Assembly: GCA_963728205.1 (NCBI GenBank)
Contig: CAVSIV010000006.1
Coordinates: 160,001-224,000, forward strand
Length of the DNA stretch: 64,000 nt
Direction: 5' to 3'
Source of the DNA: an uncultured Chloroflexia bacterium
GTDB lineage: Bacteria; Chloroflexota; Dehalococcoidia; UBA2979
Shown here: positions 31,527-41,081 of the stretch, piece after piece
Layout: every line of letters starts with the position of its first letter
Position numbering within the stretch: the first letter of the stretch is position 1
Notes under the pieces: model-generated
Seen by the model: only the letters and a program-made list of their open reading frames with translations
What the model was told of the DNA's origin: nothing
Databases searched by the model: none
Program-made: the position numbers and the translations under genes

Positions 31527-33317
31527 TCACGCCGGCTGCGCCAGCGCGTCGTCCTGCACCGGCGGCGAGCGGAAGCGGCCCGCGACGTAGTCGACGCCCA
31601 GCGCCAGCGCGAGCAGCACGAACGGCGCCGCGCCAATCACCCCGCGCGCGCCCACCGCTCGCGCCGCCGCGCCGAGCACCAGCAGCGGCACGATCGCCAG
31701 CCCGTCCTTCAGCATCCCCATCACCGCGAACACCCGGCCCTGCAGCGCCGCCGGCACCGCGCGCCCCACGTACGTCTGCGCCGCCGCTGCCGCCAGCGTG
31801 ATGCCGAACCCCAGCGGGATCGAGAGCAGCGCCGCCACCTCGAGCTCGTGCGTGATGCCCGGCCAGTCCTCCACCAGCCACGGCAGCAGGTGCTGCGTCA
31901 GCGGCTGCACCGCCCCCAGCCCCACCATCGCCGCCGCCGCCAGCGAGAAGCCCACCGCCGCCGTCATGCGCTCGCCGGCCAGCGCGATCGCCTTCGGCGC
32001 GACCGCCAGCGCCGCCAGCAGCCCGATCGCCGCCGGCATGAAGACGTACAGCGTGAGCGTCGGGTCGATGTGCAGCACCTCGTGCACGTACGCCGGCCCG
32101 AGCATCCCCAGCACCACGCCGACCGTGCTCGCGAGCCCCGCCAGCAGCAGCATCCACAGCACACGACGCTCGCCGGCCAGCCAGCGCAGCGCCTCGCCGG
32201 TGTCGGCGCCCAGCCGCATCGTGCCGGCCCGCGCGCGCGTCTCGCGCGGCGGCGTCAGCTCGAAGACGCGCGTGAACGCGAGGATGAACAGCACCCCCGC
32301 GAAGGTCACCACCGGCTCCACGCCGAAGCGACGCACCAGCAGCGGCGCCAGCGCCGCCTTGCCCAGCACCTCGCCCGTCGACGACGCCAGCGACATGAAC
32401 GAGTTCGCCGACGCCAGCTCCTCGGCGTCCGCCACCAGCGGCACCGCCGACGCCTCCGACGGCTGCGAGACCTGGTGCAGCGTGCGCACCAGGAAGATGA
32501 TCGCGAGCAGCGACGCGAACCCCGTGCCGAGCAGCGCCGGCACCGCGAAGCACAGCAGGCCCATCGCGACGTAGGCGCCGGCCAGCGCCACGCGCTTCGG
32601 CAGCACGTCGGCCACGGCGCCGCCGTAGAGCCCGAGCAGCACGCCCGGCAGCAGGTACGCCGTGCCCACGAGCGCCGCGTCGAACGCCGTGCCCCCGCGC
32701 CGCACCACCGCGATCAGCGTGCCGTAGAGCAGCGCCTGCAGCGCCATGTCCGTGAGGAAGCGCGACGCCAGCAGCGCCTGGAAGTGCACGTCGAACGCCA
32801 GCGACCCGGGGGGCACCGTGAACCAGAGGATGCGAAAGAGCCGGCGCTGACCGCGGTTCACCGCGCGGTCGAGCCGCGCCGCCTGGCGGATCAGCCGCGG
32901 GCGCGTCGACGCCGACGCCCGCTGCAGCAGCCGTACCGCACCGCGCACGCGGCCCTCGGTCTCGCGCGCCGCCTGCTGCACCTGCGCCGGCGTGCCGGCG
33001 TGCGCCACGCGCATCAGCCGGTCGCCGGCGTCGCGCAGCAGCTGCTCGGCGTCGCGGCCGGCGCCGCGCACCGGGTCGGGCACCGCGCCCTCGCCCAGGC
33101 GGCGCAGGTGGTCGGCCGTCGCGCGCAGGCTGCGCTCGAGGTCGGCGGAGGCGCGGCGCACCACGTCCGGCGTCGCCGACGACGACGCCGCGGTCAGCTC
33201 CGCGCGCGCCAGGCGCAGCACGACCTCCAGCTCGACGAGCGTCTCGTCGAGCGCGGCCTCGGTCTCGGCGAGCGACCGGTCCGGCGTCGCGCGGTCGCGA
33301 CGGCGCTCGTCCTGCAT
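31527..33317 (-). CDS. MFS transporter with long N-terminal helical extension
   Basis: GGAVADVLPKR, VPAALQGRVF, about 12 TM helices after about 160 soluble residues; AAGGAG RBS. Confidence 0.85.
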   Translation of the reverse strand: MQDERRRDRATPDRSLAETEAALDETLVELEVVLRLARAELTAASSSATPDVVRRASADLERSLRATADHLRRLGEGAVPDPVRGAGRDAEQLLRDAGDRLMRVAHAGTPAQVQQAARETEGRVRGAVRLLQRASASTRPRLIRQAARLDRAVNRGQRRLFRILWFTVPPGSLAFDVHFQALLASRFLTDMALQALLYGTLIAVVRRGGTAFDAALVGTAYLLPGVLLGLYGGAVADVLPKRVALAGAYVAMGLLCFAVPALLGTGFASLLAIIFLVRTLHQVSQPSEASAVPLVADAEELASANSFMSLASSTGEVLGKAALAPLLVRRFGVEPVVTFAGVLFILAFTRVFELTPPRETRARAGTMRLGADTGEALRWLAGERRVLWMLLLAGLASTVGVVLGMLGPAYVHEVLHIDPTLTLYVFMPAAIGLLAALAVAPKAIALAGERMTAAVGFSLAAAAMVGLGAVQPLTQHLLPWLVEDWPGITHELEVAALLSIPLGFGITLAAAAAQTYVGRAVPAALQGRVFAVMGMLKDGLAIVPLLVLGAAARAVGARGVIGAAPFVLLALALGVDYVAGRFRSPPVQDDALAQPA

Positions 33318-33495
33318 GCGTGCGGGCTCCTTGCGGCTCTCCCCGCAGGGTAGCCGAGCCCGTCGCGCCCGCCCGCCGCCGTTCGCCCTACCGCCCGGGT
33401 GACGAACGGCGTGCCGCCGCCGCGCGACACCGCACCGCCGGCCTGGCGGGCGCCCCGCCGCGGGTGCGACGAGGTGCTGTGCTACCGTCGTCGCC

Positions 33496-34257
33496 ATGGC
33501 GGAACCGACGACCGACGCCCCGCTCGCGCCGGCCTACCGGCACCTCGCGCTGCCCGCGCCGCCGCCCGGCCGCCCCTACGTGATCGTGAACATGGTGATG
33601 TCCGCCGACGGCCGCGTCGTCGTCGAGGACACCGAGCGCGGCCTCGGCTCCCCCACCGACCAGCGCCTGATGCGCGAGCTGCGCTCGCTCGCCGACGTCG
33701 TCCTCGACGGCGCCGGCACCTTCCGCAAGAGCGGCTCGTCGTCGCGCCTGAACGACCCGGAGCTCGAGGCCGCGCGCGTCGCCGCCGGCCGCCCGCGCGT
33801 GCCCCTCGCCGCCGTGATCACCGCCAGCGGCGCGCTGCCGCTCGACCGCGCCTTCTTCACCGCCGACGACTTCGAGGGCGTGGTCTACGTGAGCGAGTCC
33901 GCGCCCGCGGAGCGCCGCCGCGCGCTGGAGGCGACCGGCCGCCGCGTCTTCGCGATGCCGGACGCCGACCCGCTGCCCTGGGTGCTCGCGCACATGCGCC
34001 GCGCGCTCGACGCGCGCGTGCTGCTCGTCGAGGGCGGCCCCTCCACCAACGGCGGCCTCTTCGACGCCGGCCTGATCGACGAGTACTTCCTGACGCTCGC
34101 CCCGCGCATCGTCGGCGGCCGCGACGCGCTGCCGGCCGTGCGCTCTGCGCGCGAGCGGTCGATGGACGACGTCACGCAGCTGGCGCTGGTGTCCGCGGTG
34201 CCGAACCCGGAGACGGGCGAGGTCTACCTGCGGTACCGCGTGCGCCGAGAGGGCTGA
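33496..34257 (+). CDS. RibD C-terminal/DHFR-like reductase
   Basis: NMVMSADG, GAGT, LLVEGGP, GLIDEYFLTLAP. Confidence 0.88.
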   Translation: MAEPTTDAPLAPAYRHLALPAPPPGRPYVIVNMVMSADGRVVVEDTERGLGSPTDQRLMRELRSLADVVLDGAGTFRKSGSSSRLNDPELEAARVAAGRPRVPLAAVITASGALPLDRAFFTADDFEGVVYVSESAPAERRRALEATGRRVFAMPDADPLPWVLAHMRRALDARVLLVEGGPSTNGGLFDAGLIDEYFLTLAPRIVGGRDALPAVRSARERSMDDVTQLALVSAVPNPETGEVYLRYRVRREG

Positions 34258-34339
34258 GCGCGTAAAGCGATCGGATGCCGAACGCCGCGACATCCAGTGA
34301 CCCTCGCTGCTAGTGGAATCAAACGCGTACACAACGGCC

Positions 34340-35159
34340 TCACGGTTGGTCGTCAGAGAACCAGACACCTGGCGTGTCGAGCTGGTAGGCGCGGCTAACC
34401 CAATCTGGAGTCGCATAAGGCTCGCCGTAGCGGAACATCAAGATGAGGCCAGGGTTGAGTTCAGGAGCGCTTGAGCCACCATCGCCCGCCCCGCATGGCC
34501 TCGAATCACCTCTGCGGAAGCTTCGAGCGTGAGGTTCTTGATGTGGAATCCATCAGGACGGAGCTGAGCAGCCGGCCACCAGACAGATACGCTCCCGTTG
34601 TGGACCACCGGTCGCGCCATCAAGAAGTGTTTCGACTTGTTGAAGGCTTCAACGCGTGTCCTATGCTCCTCGGCGCGCTTGCGTGCCGTCCGCACCATTC
34701 CGTCAAGCACATGGGGGAGCGCCGTCGGCAATCTGCTCCCGCCGCGAAGCGTTCACCCTAGCGGCCGCCAACTCGTCGTCACTCGGGAGGTGGAGCACTC
34801 CACGGACTCCGTCTGGCGAAAGGCCCTCGAGCAGGGCGATCGCCTTCTCCTCGGTGTAACTCCCGTCACCGCGGACTTGTACGCGGTCCATCAAAGCCAG
34901 CAGCGAGTGTCGACCGTCTCCGGGCTGCCACTCGTGGAGAGCAAAGAGCGAACCGAGCGTGTCCTCGCTCGCTTCCATCTCCGCCTCGAATGCGGCTACC
35001 AGCAGAAAGCAACGACGCGAAATCACCCATTCCCTCGATGGGCTCGCGGAGAATCGCCTCCGCCTCGAATGCCCGCTGGGCCGTTGCGAACTCGACTGCT
35101 GCCCGGATGATCGCCGCATCATCGAACTCCGGGTTATCCCTCGGATACTGGATGAGCAT
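34340..35159 (-). CDS. Lower-GC hypothetical protein, frameshifted, possibly HEPN-like
   Basis: MLIQYPRDN... joins ORFs 34703-35122 and 34438-34731 and a tail ending WFSDDQP*; contains FNKSKH. Confidence 0.45.
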
Positions 35160-36318
35160 CAGTGACTTGCTCCCCGATCGCCCCCGAACGGAGAAGCGAG
35201 GCGACTTGGGCGGCGCCATAGCCGAGGTCGGGGAGTAGCGCGCGCGTCTGGCCCGGCGAGCGGCGCCGGCTGACCGGCCCGCACCCTGCCTCCGAGAAGA
35301 ACAGCGGCGAGCGCACCACGCGAAATCGCCGGGCCGTCGCCGGGCCCGGCCGCACTTCCATGACCATGCCCCGCTCCGCGAAGTACGGGTGCGCGGCCGC
35401 CTCCGGCATCGTCTGCACGAGCCCGTACGGTGCGCCGGCGCGCTCCATCTCGCGCGCGACCGTTGCCGCGGGCAGCGCGGCGACCCAGCCGCCGACGACT
35501 GCATTCGCCGCCTCCGGGTTCGCCGGCATCGCCTCGCCGGCGTGGCCGAGCGCCGCCGCAATCCGTGCGAAGTTGTGCGCGCCGCCGATGTTGATCGTGA
35601 CGTGGCGGCCGTCGCTCGTCGCGTGGATCGGGTGGCGGAACGGCTTCCAGTCCGCCTCGGTCGCGCCGTTCAGCGCCGGCACCGCGACCTCGCTCAGCAT
35701 CGCGAGCTGGCAGTCCATCAGCGTGGTGTCGATGCGCTGGCCGCGGCCGGTGTGCTCGCGGTCGTAGAGCGCGGCGACGATGGCGGAGAAGCAGGTCATG
35801 CCGGTGACGATGTCGGCGACGGTGACCCCGGGCGCGAACGGCGCGTCGCCGCCCTGCGCCTGCTGCTGCACCCAGAGCCAGCCGGCCTCGGCATGGGCCG
35901 TCGCGCCGTAGGCGCGCCGCGACGAGAACGACCCGCTCTGCCCGAAGCCCGAGATCGACGCGTAGACGAGCCGCGGGTTGGCGCCCGCGAGCGCGTCGTA
36001 GCCGAGCCCCAGGCCGTCCATCACCCCCGGCGTGAAGTTCTCGACGAGCACGTCGGAACGCGCGGCGAGGTCGCGCGCGACCGCCGCGCCGTCGGGGTGC
36101 TTGAGGTCGAGGCTGATCGAGCGCTTCCCCAGGTTGTTCGCGACGCTGCCGTTGCTCGGCACGGGGCCGTCGCGCCGGTCCGGCGGCGGCAGCGGGGCGT
36201 CGACCTTCGTCACCTCGGCGCCCATGTCGGCGAGCAGGCGCGTGCAGTACGGCCCGGCGACGACGCGGGTGACGTCGAGGACACGGATGCCGTCGAGGAT
36301 GCGGCGAGCGGTCGGCAT
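35134..36318 (-). CDS. CaiB/BaiF family III CoA-transferase
   Basis: LDGIRVLD, AGPYC, GKRSISLDLK, VENFTPG, NPRLVYASISGFG. Confidence 0.92.
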   Translation of the reverse strand: MPTARRILDGIRVLDVTRVVAGPYCTRLLADMGAEVTKVDAPLPPPDRRDGPVPSNGSVANNLGKRSISLDLKHPDGAAVARDLAARSDVLVENFTPGVMDGLGLGYDALAGANPRLVYASISGFGQSGSFSSRRAYGATAHAEAGWLWVQQQAQGGDAPFAPGVTVADIVTGMTCFSAIVAALYDREHTGRGQRIDTTLMDCQLAMLSEVAVPALNGATEADWKPFRHPIHATSDGRHVTINIGGAHNFARIAAALGHAGEAMPANPEAANAVVGGWVAALPAATVAREMERAGAPYGLVQTMPEAAAHPYFAERGMVMEVRPGPATARRFRVVRSPLFFSEAGCGPVSRRRSPGQTRALLPDLGYGAAQVASLLRSGAIGEQVTDAHPVSEG

Positions 36319-36671
36319 GGCGGTGGCCTTTCGTGAGCGCCGCCCCAGCGGAGCGAGCGAGGGCGCGCCGCGACAATGCGGCCCTCAGGCGCGAGTGTCC
36401 AGGCACGTGCATGCGAACCGGCCACCACGACGGCTCACGGCGGCGCGACTCGAAGCGATGAGCATTGGTGCAAAGAGGCGACCGTCGGTCGCATGGGGCT
36501 CTCGCGAGCGGAAGTGACCACGCGCCGCTGACCGGCTCTCACTAAGCGCCAGAGGCGCGCCAGCTTAGCCACGTCCTACGCGCAGAGCAGGCCGCTGTCG
36601 ACCGCGCGTCTCGCGCGTCCTGGTCTAGCGTCACCATTTCAAGTTGGCGATTCGCGCCTGGATATGGCGAA

Positions 36672-37132
36672 TTAGATGACTCGCCCGTGCAGGCAATGTT
36701 TCATCGTAACCGTACGCCTGAAGCCCTTCGCTTCGCGCTGAGAGTATCTGGTCAACCAAGCGAGCAGTCGTCCTATCCAACTCTGTCGCGCTGCGATCAA
36801 TTTTAGATTATCAATGAACGGCCCAAACCAATGGTCGAGTTCGCCGTACATACGTTTGTGGATCTCGCTCCACCATTGTTCGCTCACTGTCGTGCTCGTC
36901 CGCTTCGCAACGTCGAGTTCCAACGCGGCGTTGATGAGAAAGTGTGTCCACGAAAATTGGGCCTGAAACATCGCAACAATGGTGCGACGGCGGTCCTCGG
37001 TCCGGATTCTGCGCGCGCTCCTGCCGGCGCAACCAGTAAGAAGCGACCTCCCCGCCGAACGTGCCCAGCAGACTTGCACACCCGAGCAGCAGCAGCGGCG
37101 GCCGCGATCGCGACGGTCAACGTGTCGCTCAT
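36672..37132 (-). CDS. Lower-GC hypothetical protein with probable N-terminal anchor, frameshifted
   Basis: MSDTLTVAIAAAAAA joins the C-terminal part of ORF 36672-37307. Confidence 0.3.
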
Positions 37133-37431
37133 CGCCGCGGAGCGTACTCCAGACGACGTAATGAGACGAACGTCGGGAGCAGGCAAAGTCCCACTTCAGC
37201 GCGACCCTCAGGCAACTCGCCCGGTCGTCCTCGCTACTTCGCTGACTGCAAAACCGGGCGCAGCCCCCGCTCCGCTGGCAAACGGGATGAACCCTAACGA
37301 CGACCAACGGTTTCGCGTGTTCGGTTTGTGGTGGACGCTTTTGAGGCGCGATAGAACACCCTGTCGCTCCGGAACACGTCGACTCCGACCGGTGCTGCTG
37401 AGAGCGCCACTGCGAGCAGGAGAGAGCGTCA

Positions 37432-37950
37432 TCAAGCCCCGGTATGCATACCTTCGATTAACTCTTCGATCGATTCTTCCCATTCACGCAGTGTGCGTCC
37501 GTCGGATACAGATCTCCCGTATGTAGAGAACGCCATCCGGTCACCATACGCCCCGGAAACTTTACCGCGAATTCTGAGTGCAGACTTGCGTATGCTGGCG
37601 ATTGGGTGCCTTGTCTCTATTCGACGCAGCGCGTGGACTACGTCACCAGGGCCGTGGAACGTTGGCGTCGGCAATTGGTACGTATCGTAGTCGAAATCGG
37701 CGCCGTGTAACTCCTCGCGTGCTCGGTACTCGAGCCATTCCGCAATGTCAGTCGGCGGACTCCGATGGCAGCCTCTTTCGCGGGCACGGTTCGCCGCTTC
37801 TTCTCGCCGCCGCCGTCGCTCCTGCGAGCTCACTCTTTCGCTCGAGCACCCACTCTTTAGCGAAGACAATCGCCTGGTTTACCGCGCCTGCGATGAGCCC
37901 AGAAGCTCGCGCCGACAAGTGCCAACTCGCGGGCCTGAGAGATTTGCTCA
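37432..37950 (-). CDS. Lower-GC hypothetical protein (boundaries uncertain)
   Basis: Globular-looking segment IAEWLEYRARE...EELIEGMH preceded by a hydrophobic and charged stretch in a neighbouring frame. Confidence 0.3.
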
Positions 37951-38495
37951 TCGCTATCCTGTTCTTCCGCCCCATCGCGATCTTCTTGATCTGCTTGGCG
38001 TCGAGGTACACGCCCTTCAATTCCCAGTAGTCGAACGTCAGTCGTACGAGAGAGAAGAATGTTAGCAGCGTCCAGATGAACAAGAACCATGCGACGCCAA
38101 CCGTGAGACGAAGCCACAGCAGCATGCTCTCCCACACGCAGGGGCTGGCGATCACCGCGGCGAGTCCCGAAGAAGACGTCATCAGGGCCAAGCCCGCGGC
38201 GAGCGTAAATGGGAACGCGTGCTCCGCGAGTCCTTTCCGATTCGTTCGCATGAACACGAACAGGCTCGCTCGGGGAGGAATGTCAGCAACAACGCAAAGA
38301 CAGCAATGATGATGCCCAACAGCGCGGTCGCCACTCCGACGACAGCAGTCTCGTAACCGTCGAAGGCGCCGGCTAGCCGGCGACAGGGCACGAGGAGGGA
38401 GATTGCCAGCGCGGAAAGGACCGCGGCTGGGAAGGCCACGTCGACGAAGATATTCTTCTCTGCTCCCAGAAGAGCCGCGCGAAGTGCGGAGTCAC
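37950..38495 (-). CDS. About 4-TM membrane protein, frameshifted (3' end uncertain)
   Basis: ORFs 38182-38439 and 37748-38257 together give four hydrophobic helices. Confidence 0.45.
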
Positions 38496-38501
38496 GTGTT
38501 T

Positions 38502-39332
38502 CTAGTTCTCAGCGGCCTGTTGGGTGTCCGGAATCGTGTCGAGCAACCGGTGGGCGAGGGCCTCACCTGTCTCCTCGGCTGGCCGGTCGATAGGGATGAT
38601 CACGTCGGTCAGTGACGTAGTTGTAGACGCGTCGCTCGCCGGCGGAGCTGGCCCTGCGCCTTCACTCGGCCGTAACGATGCGCATAAATGGAGAGGTCCT
38701 CCAACTCGGTGTCGCTCACCTGAAGGGACTCACCGGCGGGAGCCACTGCCGTCACTAGCACGGACTTGGCTTTCCAGTGTTCGAGGAAGTCCTTCGCGGT
38801 TTCAGAACCCTGCGGGAAGTGAGGGTTCGGCAGGTGGAAGGAGACCGTGACTCGCGCTACCGAGTCGACCTCTTCCAACCACCGCTCGAAGTCTTGCTCA
38901 TCAACGAGGAAGTCCACCGTCAGCCCGAGGACCTCGGAGAACGTCTCGTTAAGAATTCCTCGGAACCGAGCCCTGATTGAAGCGACTGTCAATGTCCGGT
39001 AGGTTTCCTCGGCCGCGATCCGCCCGTTTTCAAGGTTGATCGCATAGTGTGTGAATGACGCATGGCCTTCGGTGCCGGGAAGGATTTCGAAGTCTTCCGT
39101 CTCTTCGTTGTACACCGAGGCGCTTGATTCTCTCTCGTAGCCAATCCGACCCCACAACGCGTTCCGGTCCTGCAGGACTGATGGCCGCGACAGGCGCCAA
39201 TGCCTTCGGTAGTATTCGGGCCGTAATGGACGGGGCCAGCGCCCCTGTGATGGCCTGGCGAAGGAGAATATTCTGACCGGGACCGTTCGGCTCCTGAGTG
39301 ATCTGTAGCAAAACAACGCGACGTCTCGCCAT
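38502..39332 (-). CDS. DUF4747-like protein, frameshifted
   Basis: GGAGG RBS; WGRIGY, SFHLPNP, IYAHRYGRVKAQG; family call by eye. Confidence 0.45.
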
Positions 39333-39691
39333 TGACCCCTCCGGCATACGATGCCGGGCGAACTTAGCACGATTACGCCTGCGTGAGGACGTCAGACAGC
39401 CACATCGGTCAGCGCGATCGGTGGAAGCACGACTCCCAACTGTTCCTCCGAACATCCTCCACGAGAAAGGACACCACCATGCCGCACCCTCCGCATTCCG
39501 ATTGGCCGGCGGCCTTTGGCGACCCGCGCGCGACCCGACGCAATCGCGGCCGCGCTGGCGTCGTCAAGATTCATCGATAAGAAGGACGAACGGGCGGACA
39601 CCGAGCGAGGGGAATCGCTCATCGGCTACGTGGGTGAACCCGCACGGGCACATCCCGATTGAAGCTAAGGGGACCCAGTGAAGCGAGGACA

Positions 39692-40600
39692 TCAAGAGCC
39701 GTGTGCCTGCATCAGCACGGCCAGCGCGCGGTGATTCCGATCGAGGGGCTCGGCTGCGGTCTCGACGAAGGCCGCCGCGCGACCGCGCACGCCGTCGATG
39801 CCACCGGCGTTCCGCAGCAGGTCGACGAGTGGCGGGTTGAGCCACTCGGACTCCGGGGCGGCGCGCTGCTCGGGTTCGACGCCGTCGGAGATTCCGTTGG
39901 CGCGTGCGAAGAGACGGGCGCGGATCACGAAGGCCACGAGGCTGCCGGGGTCGGGCAGCGACGCCACGTTCAGATCGTGGTGCGCGATCGCCTCACAGAG
40001 TGCGGGCGGGAAGTTCCAGTGGGTGGCGAGCGCGGCGCCGAGGTCGGCGTCGGTGTAGCCGAGGATCACCTCCTCGGCGCGGACGACGGGGATTCCCTGG
40101 GCCGCGGCCATCTGGCGGGCCGAGGCGAGGGCCCCGGGGCGGTGCTGATCGAGCGCGAGACGGCCGATGTTGTGCAGGACGCCGGCGGTGAACGCCTCGT
40201 CGAGGTGCTGCCGGCGGGCCCTGGAGAGGAGTTCGGCGAGCACGCCGACGGTGACCGAGTATCGCCAGAACCGCTCCTGGTCGACGTCGCCGGGGCCGTG
40301 CATCGTGTCCATCACGCTCGAGGCCAGCGCCGTGGAGCGGATGGTGCGGAATCCCAGCAGCACGACGGCGTCGCGCACGGTGGTGATGCGGCGGGGGAAG
40401 CCGTAGTAGGCGGAGTTCGCGAGGCGCAGGATCTTGGAGGTCAGCGCCTGGTCGCTGGCGATTGCGAGGGCGAGCTCAGGAGCGGAGAGGCGATCTTCGC
40501 CGGCGATCTGGAGGATGCGCACGGTGACGGCCGGCAGCGGGCGGAGTTCCCCGATCTCGGCAACGAGCTCATCGAGCGCCGGGTGAGCGGCCAACGACAT
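39692..40600 (-). CDS. HDOD domain signalling protein
   Basis: LRPLP, DQALTSKILRLANSAYYG, AVVLLG, AGVLHNIG, HWNFP. Confidence 0.92.
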   Translation of the reverse strand: MSLAAHPALDELVAEIGELRPLPAVTVRILQIAGEDRLSAPELALAIASDQALTSKILRLANSAYYGFPRRITTVRDAVVLLGFRTIRSTALASSVMDTMHGPGDVDQERFWRYSVTVGVLAELLSRARRQHLDEAFTAGVLHNIGRLALDQHRPGALASARQMAAAQGIPVVRAEEVILGYTDADLGAALATHWNFPPALCEAIAHHDLNVASLPDPGSLVAFVIRARLFARANGISDGVEPEQRAAPESEWLNPPLVDLLRNAGGIDGVRGRAAAFVETAAEPLDRNHRALAVLMQAHGS

Positions 40601-40733
40601 CCCTGCTGCCTGTGCCGTCGCTCACTCCTCGCGTCCGTGCGGTAGAGCTTGTAGGAAGAGGGGAATGCACCGCGGGGTGAAACGCCTGCCAGGGCCGGTA
40701 GTAGACAGACGTTTCACCCCGCGACGCATTCAG

Positions 40734-40770
40734 TTTCAAACCGGCGCCGCTCGCGGGTGGGCGGCGCCGG
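40734..40770 (-). terminator. Hairpin terminator after the small peptide gene
   Basis: CCGGCGCCGCCC-n6-GAGCGGCGCCGG followed by TTTG on the minus strand. Confidence 0.55.
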
Positions 40771-40780
40771 AATCGTGCTG

Positions 40781-40897
40781 TTACATGCCCCAGATGAAGA
40801 CGCCGAACGTCCCCAGGTGCATAACAATCGCGCTGCCGATAACAGCGGCGCCCACGCCGTACTGAAGAAGCTTGTCCACCGATAGAAGCTTGGCCAC
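40781..40897 (-). CDS. Small hydrophobic peptide, 38 aa, MAKLLSVDKLLQYGVGAAVIGSAIVMHLGTFGVFIWGM
   Basis: GGAGGA 8 nt before GTG; TAA followed by a hairpin; shares VFIWGM with 46296-46433. Confidence 0.72.
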   Translation of the reverse strand: MAKLLSVDKLLQYGVGAAVIGSAIVMHLGTFGVFIWGM

Positions 40898-40944
40898 CGA
40901 CCCGTTCCTCCACTAACTCCCGCCTCTGCAGTCGGGATGCTGTG

Positions 40945-40979
40945 AAACTAGGAACGAGGTTCTCGCCAAGCTCTCGCCA
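40945..40979 (-). promoter_or_regulatory. Putative activator-dependent promoter of the peptide gene
   Basis: TGGCGAGA direct repeats with 11-bp period, then TAGTTT 10 nt downstream. Confidence 0.45.
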
Positions 40980-41081
40980 CACCCCGTAGGCCCTCTTAAA
41001 TCTGATCAAATCTATGAGTCCCTGGCCGGAGCGCGGGCCAGTCCCCCACGAAGAATCGGCGCGAGAGGCGCGGATTAGCAG

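Noticed and set aside
40866-40900. 17-bp direct repeat AGAAGCTTG(T/G)CCACCGA as an operator
   Set aside because: The 18-bp period is an in-frame duplication inside the peptide gene (VAKLLS/VDKLLQ); it only makes the start ambiguous (40897 or 40879).
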